A stretch of DNA of 64,000 bases from Tubiluchus corallicola (lineage: Eukaryota > Animalia > Priapulida): positions 744,001 through 808,000 of the forward strand of contig JAQGDQ010000014.1 in assembly GCA_030141605.1 (NCBI GenBank). Reading direction: 5' to 3'. Position numbers and translations under genes: made by a program. The number at the start of each line of letters is the position of its first letter. The stretch's first letter is position 1. Below are positions 1-10,139 of this stretch, piece after piece. The notes beneath the pieces are model-generated. The model had not been told where the DNA came from and did no database searches. It saw nothing but the letters and a program-made list of their open reading frames with translations.

Positions 1-1423
1 CTGCGTAAACTGTGGTTATAATGGTCTCCAATCGCACTCCAAACTCTCCTGTCTCATAGTACCCAGGTTCATCTGACATAAACAGCCCAGGTTGAGTATG
101 AGGATACAAAGCGGGTGATATGTTCTCTGACAAGTACAAATACGCTCCTACTCCATGGGAAGTACCATGTTTGTAATCAAGTCCATAACGCCACAAGTTA
201 TACCTGGCAAATGCATCAACGGTACTGTACTTATTATCCGGGAAAACAAGAGAGGCATATTCAATAGCTCCCATTAAAACACGGGTGTAAGCTTCCATCT
301 GAAAATCAGTCGGTGCTCCATAATGCATGGTTCTAGTAATATCTGTTGTGCAGTCAACATATTGTCCACCAGAATCGAGCAAGTACATCTCGTCTTTGGT
401 AATATTTCTATTTGTTGAATTTTCTGATCGATAATGGATTATTGCACCATTTGTACCAACAGCAGATATCGCGCGAAAACTAAGACCCCTAAAATGCTGT
501 TCTTCTGAGCGAAACTGCTCTAACTTGTCTTCAGCGGACAGCTCGCTCCACAAGCCACCTTTATTTATCTCATCTTCTAGAAAAGCAAGAAATCTCGACA
601 AAGCGACTGAGTCACGAATGTGGCATCTCTTCATGCCAGCAATTTCAGTAGGATTTTTTACAGCTTTTCGATAAATAATTGGTGATTCGACAAGCAGTCG
701 TGAATCCGCATCATAGACAGCATCATAGACAGCATAATTTGCTTTAGATGGCACAACTGTTATGTCATAGGCTTGGCTTAACTCCGCTATTTTGTCAAAT
801 ATTTCGTGATACGTTTCAATTTGCACACACATGGAGGCATCCGGTGGTTTACAGTCAACGTTTAAGTGATCTTTTACCTCATCTGTTAGATCTGACTTTA
901 TATGCAAGTATAACGCAGAAGAAGTCAGTATCATGTAACTATGAAACACTGGTCTGTAAGGAATGTCTGCACCTCTCAAATTCAGTGACCAAGCTATTTC
1001 GTCAAGCTCAGTAACAACTAGCATGACATTTCCGTATAAAGCTATATCTCCACGAAGTACTTCTATTTTGTCTTCCCATTTCACCCCTGCAAATGTCAAA
1101 TTATGCACCTCAATGTCATTCATGGGCTCAACCGGCTGGTCGTCAGACCATACCAAGTCAATTAGATTCTGTTGCTCAGGTATCAATTTTATTTCACTTA
1201 AGCTTAGAGTCGCTTCAATATTTAAGAAATAGCTGTACGTCACCAACTTTGGATCTATGCCAACTTCCTCACAAGATGCCAAATTGTCAGCTATCCACTG
1301 TTCAGGAGTTACATAACCAGAACTGTATTCCTCAAATATCTGCCAGTTGCAATTTGTAATTGTATGTAAAGAACACGACGTCCATATCGCCGAAATACAA
1401 ACTATGGTAAGAACAGTTTTCAT
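1..1423 (-). CDS. XPNPEP2: Xaa-Pro aminopeptidase (aminopeptidase P, peptidase M24B), secreted XPNPEP2-like; intronless over the visible 474 codons, 3' end outside window
   Basis: Hand translation from ATG 1423 is open to the window edge (absent from the ORF track because no stop is visible). N-terminal signal peptide MKTVLTIVCISAIWTSCS; family motifs NLIDLVW, ELDEIAWSLNLRGADIPY, KAVKNPTEIAGM, NGAIIHY, YLLDSGGQYVDCTTDITRT, HGTSHGVG, SDEPGYY, FGVRLE. Branch point and acceptor ctaactttcag lie 6 nt before the ATG. Symbol is family-level similarity, not proven orthology. Confidence 0.93.
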   Translation of the reverse strand, partial: MKTVLTIVCISAIWTSCSLHTITNCNWQIFEEYSSGYVTPEQWIADNLASCEEVGIDPKLVTYSYFLNIEATLSLSEIKLIPEQQNLIDLVWSDDQPVEPMNDIEVHNLTFAGVKWEDKIEVLRGDIALYGNVMLVVTELDEIAWSLNLRGADIPYRPVFHSYMILTSSALYLHIKSDLTDEVKDHLNVDCKPPDASMCVQIETYHEIFDKIAELSQAYDITVVPSKANYAVYDAVYDADSRLLVESPIIYRKAVKNPTEIAGMKRCHIRDSVALSRFLAFLEDEINKGGLWSELSAEDKLEQFRSEEQHFRGLSFRAISAVGTNGAIIHYRSENSTNRNITKDEMYLLDSGGQYVDCTTDITRTMHYGAPTDFQMEAYTRVLMGAIEYASLVFPDNKYSTVDAFARYNLWRYGLDYKHGTSHGVGAYLYLSENISPALYPHTQPGLFMSDEPGYYETGEFGVRLETIITTVYA

Positions 1424-1886
1424 TTTTGTCTGAAAGTTAGATTTAAAAAGCCCAGACTATCAATTCACTATTTTTGTAATAGTAATGGGAACCTTTGTAC
1501 TACTGGGTTCAACCGGGGAGTAAATATTGCAGCTTTAGTTTCGTTTACACGACGATATGATAAACAACACTTGAAAATGTCAAAGCTGGCTGATTAGTGT
1601 AGTGCAACACACATTAATATTGTAAGTTATTTTGTAAATGCCTGTTATCAGTATATAAAGAAAAACTACCTAAAGCCATGTAATCCTTCAATTCATTAAA
1701 CATTATAACTGAAAACTTCAACCGTAGATCCGAACGCTTCAAATAACACAATAATTTAACATTCAGTGTACCTCATGAATAAGTAAAGCAAATGTCTTAG
1801 TTGCAAATTTTCGATTTGTTTCCAGAATACATATCAAGCACTATAAACATGGGTAAAAAAACAAGTTTTTCAGCAAATATACTTAC

Positions 1887-2036
1887 CTAGATGCCATTTT
1901 CCCACGATTCCAGATGTGTAACCTGCTTCATGCAGAGCTTCAGGTATTGTCGTTTCCTCTTTCGGTAAACCAACGTTGTGACCTGGTCCAAGCACGCGAG
2001 CTTTTCCTACTAAACCAGTGCGTAATGCAAGGCGGC
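1887..2036 (-). CDS. Arylsulfatase, coding exon 2
   Basis: ttag| acceptor and |gtaagt donor, phase 1/phase 1; encodes (G)RLALRTGLVGKARVLGPGHNVGLPKEETTIPEALHEAGYTSGIVGKWHL, including the sulfatase GYxTxxxGKWHLG-type motif. Confidence 0.92.
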
Positions 2037-2144
2037 CTAAGTGTAAATAAAAAAGGGTGTAAGTTATTAAAATCATTTTATTTCTCATATAATTTACATA
2101 AGTAAGTCATAAAAAAGTGTTATCGGTCAAGATTATTTACACGA

Positions 2145-2462
2145 CTAGTAATAAAGTGACTGCTCTTTATAGCTGGCAGCTAGTTTTGACTCCAAGCATT
2201 GAATTGTCTTTTTACTCTCTTTTTCGTCATTTTTGGTTTTTATTTGCAAGGCAATTAGCATTTGTTTATATCGTTCGCCCTCTGGATCACCAACAAGTAC
2301 GAAGTCGGGAAACACAATTTCTGCCGCCTCGTGTCCATCATTTCCCATATTCGTCGTTTGCCTATGTTTCTTGAAGCACCTTTCGCACGTTGCAAGAAAT
2401 AGCTGATTTTTATTTACTGGATTTTTTGCACTTTTGCAAAGCGTGCAACTTTTCCTTGCCAT
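2145..2462 (-). CDS. Hypothetical 105-aa protein with CxxC-x16-CxxC and a C-terminal helical/coiled-coil segment, inside arylsulfatase intron 1
   Basis: Non-repetitive ATG-to-stop ORF filling half of a 638-nt intron; CTLC...CERC pairs; candidate acceptor ttacttatag 48 nt upstream. No homolog recognised. Confidence 0.35.
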   Translation of the reverse strand: MARKSCTLCKSAKNPVNKNQLFLATCERCFKKHRQTTNMGNDGHEAAEIVFPDFVLVGDPEGERYKQMLIALQIKTKNDEKESKKTIQCLESKLAASYKEQSLYY

Positions 2463-2674
2463 TCATGTATGTCTTTTAACATATACTTTGTTCGACGTAG
2501 TATCTTTTAACTATAAGTAAATTTGTACAGCCTTGGCCTCACGGCCTAATCACAATCTGTAGTCATTGTAGTCATTGCCTGTCGTTTTTATGATTGCAGT
2601 ATTTAGCTTAAAATTATAAAAGAAATGATAATGAGAATATATATGAGTGGAAAATTTAAGAGAAGTGAGAGTAC

Positions 2675-2945
2675 CTGTTAAAAGAGCTGCACGACTGGGA
2701 GTGCAAATGCTGTCACCCGAATACCACTGAGTAAATCTCATTCCATCTGCAGCCATTTTGTCAACTCTGTTCCATTCCTGAGTGGGGTGACCGTACACGG
2801 ACAGATCTCCATAACCAATGTCATCAACAAGGAACAGCACAAAATTCGGCAGGGTAGTCTGGTCAGCCTTAAAATCGTTTCCGTTTGTCCAGTACATACA
2901 TAATAGGATGGCAAAGACTGTTACCGGTTTGACTGAGAATACCAT
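2675..2945 (-). CDS. Arylsulfatase, coding exon 1 (signal peptide plus formylglycine motif)
   Basis: [22 protein letters not shown] signal peptide, [23 protein letters not shown], catalytic [11 protein letters not shown]; phase-1 donor at 2674 joins exon 2 in frame. Later exons are not seen in the window. Confidence 0.93.
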
Positions 2946-3944
2946 ACTGCAACTAAAAACACGAGCATTAAGAACTTGTGTCGCATGTGTTCTGCATAAC
3001 GTATGGTTAAATGTGCTGTAGGCGAATACGGGCTTCAACACATTTTATAGTTCCCAAAGCGGAAAATTTGCAAAACAAAACACAGTAATATTGACGCTGT
3101 ACACGTCTTCAAATTTAGGTAAACTATGTTGTTCCCCCACTGTTTGCTACTTTGGCGTTCGTTCAACTTTCGTACCTTGATCTGCAACATAATTTGGCTA
3201 CAAAGGAGTCTATTCCTTATGATAAAACAATGCATACGTTACATGAGCTGAAATTTGATGGGTAAGCCAATACTTCATACTTATAGTAAAGGAAATTTAC
3301 TATAAAGGAAGAAAAAAGAAAGAACAAGAAGTCGCGAAAAGAATCCATTTGTGGTTCTTTTTGAATCAAGTCACGCTGTTATTTGATAACTTAAAAAACA
3401 ATATAATCTCTCACTAACAGCATCATATGATTCGTACCAATTTCTGGCTGCAATAAAGAATTGGGAGTAATTCATAAAATTAGATTATAATCAGACGTTT
3501 TTTCAACCTTGGACCACTTTGTGTACCACATTGTCAAATCGTTTACACACCCAAACGGCCTAGAGGAAAAATTGTTAACTAAATAAGTTTATTGAACTTT
3601 TCAAAGAACAAAAACGAACGAATGGATGAACTCCTACCGGTGGAATGGTGAAGAGCTTGAAAAACAACCAAAATTCATTCATTTATTCATTCATATATTC
3701 ATTCGTTCATTCATCATTCATTCATTCACTCAATACAATAAAATAAGTGACTTAAGATGTGAAATAGATTCTATTTTTAAAGTGTATCACAACATTTTGA
3801 TATCCTAACGGATATCTTTTCACTTGTCCAAGAACAAAATGGCAAATCTGACAAATTCTAATAAAAGTAACAAGAGTAGATCACCTTTTATGCCGTCTAT
3901 TTTATTATGGCTAAAAACAGATGCCCTATCATGTCTATAAAGTT

Positions 3945-4035
3945 AATTCACTCATTCATTCGTTCGTTCGTTCGTTCGTTCGTTCATTCATTCATTCATC
4001 CATCCATCCATTCATTTACTCGTTCGTTCACTCAT
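3945..4035. repeat. Compound (TCAT/TCGT/TCCA)n microsatellite
   Basis: Direct reading. Confidence 0.85.
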
Positions 4036-4324
4036 CCGTTTGCTAAAAATCTTTCATTTATAAAATAATAAATTATTAAATAGATTAAAATACAGCCATT
4101 GGATTTACAAGAAAACGAGAAAAAAGGGTGGGAATGAAGCGGAGGGAGAGAGAAGAGAGAGAGAGAGAGAATGAGAAAGCGATGTTAAAATGGTAAAGGT
4201 AAGTAAATGGCCAGTCATGTTGAAGTCTTTGGGTGTTCCGATAAGGTATCATTTTACAACACTTTCTCCTTTTTACAGCTAACTTGCTACACCTTTTTTT
4301 ATTATCGAACATCCTGAACGCCTT

Positions 4325-4336
4325 TCTATATAAGAG
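4325..4336 (+). promoter_or_regulatory. Candidate TATA box for the plus-strand orphan secreted-protein gene
   Basis: ctatataag about 690 nt upstream of ATG 5018; a polypyrimidine tract and AG acceptor just before that ATG imply a 5' non-coding exon. Confidence 0.3.
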
Positions 4337-4486
4337 CTATTGCTGCCTGTGACAACAGTGTTCTTGAAACATTTGTGAAAAAGAAGACTTCTGTGTAATA
4401 TAGATTAAGTGTGCATTTTGGAACTTAATTTGAGACTTGGTGGGCAAAAACTTAAAATTAATAATTGACGTGTATTTTTTCTGGAA

Positions 4487-4792
4487 ATTGCAAACTTAAA
4501 ATGAACTTTAAAACAAGACAGAGCATAAAATATCAAAACTAATTTAGTAAATACAGTAAAACACACTAAGACATACTAAAATTTGCTCAACACTTAACCT
4601 AGTGTTATCGTCAGTAGTACGATCTCAGTAAAACGACAAAAAGCTGAATATGACATCAACGTATAACACCTTTCAGGTGCTGAAACATATCTAGGAATTT
4701 TAGTGAGTTTTAGTGTATTTTACTGTACTTAATAAATATTTATTATTTTTATACTGTCTTACAGTAGATTAAGGTTCATTTTAAAATTTGTA
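4487..4792. mobile_element. Foldback/MITE-like element with long imperfect inverted repeats
   Basis: Left arm ttaaaatgaac...aagacag...tacagtaaaacacactaa...ctaaaatt mirrors right arm aattttag...ttagtgtattttactgta...ctgtctt...gttcattttaa. Confidence 0.6.
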
Positions 4793-5017
4793 AAGCTTGT
4801 TTAATGTAAGAATGACTACATATTTATGAATATTTGTTCATTGCCTGTACTTTTATTAAATAACTTTACTGTTAGTAATAGTGATAGAAATTCTTAAAAT
4901 TCATTGTTATACAAAAAGAAAAGGTTGTAATTAATAATAACTTATCAGTACCCGCATTTAACTTAGTTCCATTTTTCTTGCTTTTTTATTGTGATTCCAA
5001 AGAACAGCAGCTTAGTG

Positions 5018-5107
5018 ATGGAAACATACAATTATGCTGTAATTTTATTCATGATGCTGCCATTATTATGGATAAGTGCAAGTCACGAAGTGCCTCCTGT
5101 TTATGGG
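5018..5107 (+). CDS. Putative exon 1 (signal peptide) of an orphan secreted protein
   Basis: METYNYAVILFMMLPLLWISA-SHEVPPVYG followed by phase-0 donor |gtaaga; upstream polypyrimidine tract and AG. Confidence 0.55.
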
Positions 5108-5270
5108 GTAAGACTTATCAATACAGTTTTTTACTCACAAATTAAACATTATACATTTTATGGGGCAAGACTTATCAATGCAGTTTTTTACTCGCGAATT
5201 AAACATTATACATTTTATGGGGCAAGACTTATCAATGCAGTTTTTTTACTCGCGAATTAAACATTATACA
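5101..5270 (+). repeat. 3 x 57-bp tandem repeat spanning the splice donor
   Basis: Units start at 5101, 5158 and 5215 (ttatgggg[t/c]aagacttatcaat...aaacattatacat). Confidence 0.9.
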
Positions 5271-5824
5271 TGTTTAACAATAAATTCATAAGTCTTGAAC
5301 AATAAATATATGGTTTGCTTAACGAAACGCCTGTAACGCCAATACGAGGCGAGTGGGCGAGTAGTGAAAGTCTGATTACAGGCTTAGTTTTTGTCATGAC
5401 ACTTGCGTATTTTGTAAATTTTTTCAGGAACTAACTGTATACAAGTGCAAAACTAACGTAGTGTGCTAAAATTATATGATGTTGTGAACATTTTGCGGTT
5501 GGCAATTGCGAAATTCTTTGAGAAATTTACTGTGCAATTTAGAAAGTGATGATTTCATTAGCTTTAAAACCGAGGAACCTAGTGGTAAAATTGAAACGTA
5601 AATTAATTAAAAATAATTTTCGTTCAAGTGTCCAGCTGCCAAAGAAATGCCAAAAAGGATAGCCAGCCCCCTGTAGAGTGTAGTAAATCTGCGTTCTGAA
5701 TTTCTAACATTGTTTTTGTGTGCATTGTTTTTAGAATTATTTATTTTTGATTTATCTTTTTTAATCTGTCCGAAAATCGGCTGATGTGGTTCTTGTGTAA
5801 AATTTCGACAATAAATAAAATTTT

Positions 5825-6231
5825 TACTACTGCTACCACCACCACCACTGCCGCTGCTGCTGCCGCCGTCACCGCTGTCGCTGCCACTGCCTACTGCTGC
5901 TGCTATTTTAGCTGCTGCTGCTACTGCTACTGGTACTAGTATTACGACTACTACTGCTGCTGCTGCTGCTGCTGCTACCATTACCACTACCACTATCACT
6001 ACCACTACCACTTCTACTACTACTACTACTACATCCACTATTACAGCTGCCAACAAAATGCAAAACGTTTTAGCATAACAAAATGCACCAAAAACCTAAG
6101 AGATTATTTTACTAATTAAAGTCAAACAAACAAGCGCGCAATATCGTCCAAAGGATCACAGCTCACGTAGTAACTATGTATTCCCTTCCAATTATACAAC
6201 TGCGATCCCAGATTCAGTTTCATACAATTTA
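5825..6231 (-). mobile_element. SINE-like dispersed repeat with a trinucleotide microsatellite tail (copy 1)
   Basis: About 190-bp body (ctgccaacaaaat...tttcatacaatttac) recurs at about 42348-42536, each time attached to a (CTA/CTG)n array. Confidence 0.65.
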
Positions 6232-6496
6232 CTATATACAGCGGCCTCACGCATCCTTTGTAAATTTTGCAAATTTCTATTTTTCTAGTACAAATTTTTG
6301 GCTAAGAAACTGATATTAAATGTTCGGGTGGCATTGTTTAATGCATTTTTGCATGTCTTAAATTTCTGATATAAACAGAATCCCTAACATATGATGTGTA
6401 ATTTTGGGAATCCGAATTCGAAATATATGGCGCAGCTATATCTGCGATTGCATGAAATTACAAAGCTAGTACTAATTAAATGACATTTTTCTGTAG

Positions 6497-6775
6497 TACA
6501 GGCCATACTTTCGGGAGGAGGTGGACCGCCTGAGGCATCTCAATGAACACCTACTAGATGAACTTAAAGACCTGAGACATCTTCATGCTAACTTGCAATT
6601 CCACATAGACGCCTTGGATCTTCGTTACGGTTCCAGATCCAGATCTTCCCTACGAGAAGATCCCTTACGGTCTCTAACGGATGAGAGAGGCGGTTCAAGC
6701 TTCAGCGTAGACCCTCCGCAGTTTTCCAGTCAGATACAGCCAGGTTTTACACTGAGTGGATTCAACAGCACTTAA
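6497..6775 (+). CDS. Putative exon 2 of the orphan secreted protein (heptad-Leu coiled coil plus Ser/Arg-rich tail)
   Basis: Acceptor tttttctgtag|; phase-0 reading YRPYFREEVDRLRHLNEHLLDELKDLRHLHANLQFHIDAL...GFNST*; GC-richer than the flanks; phase-compatible with the donor at 5108. Confidence 0.6.
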   Translation, partial: YRPYFREEVDRLRHLNEHLLDELKDLRHLHANLQFHIDALDLRYGSRSRSSLREDPLRSLTDERGGSSFSVDPPQFSSQIQPGFTLSGFNST

Positions 6776-6894
6776 AATATGGTTCAGCAGACTTCAGCTC
6801 ACCGTGAGCTCATTAAATTTGCTGAAACAGGAAGAAAATGGAATTTTAAAAGCATATCCCAAGGAACTTTCCAATTAAAGTTATATTACTTAAC

Positions 6895-7265
6895 GTTACG
6901 CTTACCTGTTTGAAAGACTTATGTCATTAAAAATGAAAATATCTTAATAATTTAAAATATTCGCGATTTTATTGACAGCGTTTTGTAATTTATAACTTTG
7001 CTTAGTTATGAAAGAATGTGCTACGAATGCTTTGATTATTCTTTCAAACTTTACACAAAGTTATCTAAGCTTGTTGCAACCGACTACCGTCAAATGGCTG
7101 GGCCTATAACAGTCATCGCGGGAGTTTAAATTTGCCAGTTTTATACAGCGTTACTGCTATTGCAAGCTCTGTAGGCAATACGACATCATTTAGTTACCGT
7201 AAGATTTCTAGGCGAATTTCTTAAGCTTTATTTATGAAGTGTGTTTTCTTGTGCTTTAAGAGACA
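6895..7265. repeat. Dispersed non-coding repeat family (related copies at about 17835-18270, 23840-23970, 32825-32885 and inverted at 38160-38210)
   Basis: Shared blocks ttacctgtttg(a/g)aagact...aaaa(t/a)gaaaat, gcgggagtttaaat and gtgttttctt(g/t)tgctttaa. Confidence 0.6.
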
Positions 7266-7630
7266 GGTTTTTTACTTACTTGTGTAAAGTTTGTGAGAAT
7301 GACCCAGCTATGAACAAATTTTAGTTATATTGTTGTAAATGGTATTGTCATGATATATGTAGCGATCGACTCAGCCTTAGAATGGTTTTCTTTTAACTTA
7401 CTTATCAAGCAGAAAATTCAAATGGAGAACTATTGCTTGAAAACTCATTAAATCTGGGTGCCATTAGTGTATGTTATCATATTCACAACTATTGACTCAT
7501 AGGTTTTTAGGGTATACGTGTTTATTGCGGCGCAGACACCATTATCACAATATATTATACGACAAAAATGTTAATTTCAGTAAACTGCGTAATTTTTCAC
7601 CAGAGGCCGCTAGGAGGAGAGCGCGACAGT

Positions 7631-7674
7631 ACAGTGACAGTATATGACCGTATAGTGCCATATACTGTCACTGT
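7631..7674. other. Perfect 16-bp inverted repeat (hairpin) with 12-nt loop
   Basis: acagtgacagtatatg-accgtatagtgc-catatactgtcactgt. Confidence 0.85.
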
Positions 7675-9832
7675 GGCATGTTTTTTTATTCTGTGATTTA
7701 CTTGCACGCTGATTATAATAATAGCTATTGAAGAATTAAGGCGTTTCTCCAAGTCAATATCAACTTTTTTCTATTCTTTTTGCATAAATATAAAATTAAA
7801 CTAAATATTTCGACTAGAAGTAGTGCTGCTCCTTGTCATTAAAGATAATTTTGTGGCTTTTTCTGTTAATAAGCTAAATATGCTACTTTTCAGTCAGCCA
7901 AAATAATTTACAGTATTTAAATTACTTTTAATAAAAGGATGAGAAACATCTAACGGTTATTTATTCGAGAAAGAAACCCAGAATGACTTCCATGACACTT
8001 GGAAACTCTTTGTTGCCTATTTTTCATAGAAAAATGGAAAAACGAACAACAATAATATTAATATGCCAATATATTTCAGCCATATGTATCCACTCTGACA
8101 TTGTATGCTATCTGACGTTATTGGGAAAAGGTCATCAAAAGCGAAAAATATTCAAACAGCGGTCAACGTGGGGGTGGTGGGAGGGAAATTTACCTGCTGA
8201 CACATAAATTTAAAAAGCATGTACACTGATGATTATATCTTTTTTGAAATTTAAAATTTACCAATTCTAAAATTTTTTTTAAAAAGTATGTCGAAAATTA
8301 AAAAAATATGTATACAAGCTAAAGGAAGCAGTATCTAGTATAACTATGAATGTCTTTAACAAGAGCACAGAGCATGAATGGTGTATTTTTTTCTAATAGC
8401 GTTCTTAGGCTTCTAATAGGACACTTTTATATTATTTTATAAATAACACAACACAAATTTAAGCCAAATTAGAGACAGCCAATTCAAAATATGCCTTTTT
8501 ATTCAAGGTATTCAAGCTTTTATTCAAGCTTTTGAATGCACTGTTTTTCAAGGCATTTCATTACAACTTCACTACATATTACGTACAGGTTGCTATTTAG
8601 AATTCACAGAGTGCAGAAGAAGGTAAATCAATTATTCACATATTTATAACATTTATTCTGAACGCTTATAACTATTAGCAATGGTAAAAAATGATTTAAT
8701 TGCCACATTAGTAATCATCCTCATACAACCCAACCACAATTGTGATATTGCATTAGCTTTACCAAATTATACAATCATTCCACAGCTTTGTGAATGAAAT
8801 AACTTTATGAAAAACTTGACAACATAAAAACATTAAAAGCATCAGAGATGTTTTTACTGCACAGTCTTAGCAGTCATCTTCGGTGTCTTTAGTTTACAAG
8901 AAGCAATCGGTTTTATAGGCAAAGTCTATAGAATATGAAAATAATTAATTACGTAGTTTTCACGTAGAACTTGAAAAACGGACAGATGTAAAAGAGATAG
9001 ACAGTAAAACCATAGTCAGGTGTTTGAAAACAAAGTTAGTGAAATTGACTTACTTTGCACGTTAAGTGAATAGAACCTACTTATTTCAAGCTGTGGCATT
9101 AATGCTAAAATTATTAATATGTGGCCAAAGGCATAAATATTGCAATAATATGGCCATATTATCGGGTACTGACCACATTTCTGTTTCTGGCAAATGGCTG
9201 ATTTTAATAAAACTAGCACTGTTACCTGAACTACAAATAACTAGGATCTTTTAGTAAAAGAAAGTTTATTCCCTAATAGCTCCACATGTAAGCCCATTCT
9301 TGCATATTATTCGGACAAAAAATAATTATAAGTTGTGTAGATTAACAAATTATCAATTAACATCATTTTAGAAGCGATGTTCAACATGCTATTAGCCTAT
9401 TACACTTACGAAAAAGCGAAGAAGTACATTAAGAAAACTTTGCTTGTTCAAATGTAAATTTTGGGACCAGCACAAAATATTACGAGCACGATGTGTTCTT
9501 GGCGACGATGACTAAGAATCACTAAGGCTATTTATTTCATGGATGGGCGACTAGCGGGAAAATTGGATTCTATTTGTAGGCGGTACCACAAAACATTCAC
9601 TAACTCTTTAAATTATTGTCCATCATACTTTTCTAAGCATCTAATATCATATGATTAACAAAATTATAACAGTGCCAACTGAAGAAGCTTGTGTGAATTG
9701 CTATAATGAACAAAAATACCATGAGCTAAAAGTCTAAACCACCCAACTTGGTGCACTCTTATGTTACATATTTTACACACAATTATCAATTTTGCTACAA
9801 CAGTTACACGACTAAAAAATAGTTTCCCGTTT

Positions 9833-9983
9833 TCACCGTTTTCCCCAACCAAATATTCCCTTCTTTTCGCATTTGCAGTTTTGCGCCCAGAGGTTGCACT
9901 TGCAAATGGCGCCAGGACAACAATCTTTTTTGTAATAATCGCATCTGGAACCTCGATTTAAGCATTGCCTTCTTCGACCACGC
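9833..9983 (-). CDS. Agatoxin-like (ALP)/agouti-like cystine-knot peptide precursor, last coding exon (mature peptide)
   Basis: Acceptor ttcttgcag|, phase 2; (K)RGRRR-QCLNRGSRCDYYKKDCCPGAICKCNLWAQNCKCEKKGIFGW-GKR*; C-x6-C-x6-CC-x4-CxC-x6-CxC framework, CxCNLW motif, WGKR amidation signal. Confidence 0.92.
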
Positions 9984-10034
9984 CTGCAAGAATAATAAAA
10001 TAAAATAAATCTCTCCTTTTTCTTTTTTACCCTA

Positions 10035-10038
<4 letters not shown>

Positions 10039-10105
<67 letters not shown>

Positions 10106-10107
10106 TC

Positions 10108-10138
<31 letters not shown>

Positions 10139-10139
10139 C
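10039..10139. repeat. (TC)n microsatellite
   Basis: Direct reading; source of the spurious ER-repeat N-terminus of ORF 9833-10141. Confidence 0.95.

Noticed and set aside
748-1359. Plus-strand ORFs 748-1014, 963-1232 and 1093-1359
   Set aside because: Antisense shadows of the aminopeptidase CDS.
1429-1887. In-frame arylsulfatase-aminopeptidase fusion protein
   Set aside because: The sulfatase donor is phase 1 and the acceptor at 1429 is phase 0 relative to the peptidase frame, so the join is out of frame.
5428-5498. Extra middle exon of the orphan gene after ttttcag
   Set aside because: Stops in all three frames unless a weak gtagtg donor is used; not supportable.
9833-9983. Calling the cystine-knot peptide a venom toxin
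   Set aside because: It is single copy here and has neuropeptide-type processing sites; toxin function cannot be inferred from the sequence.
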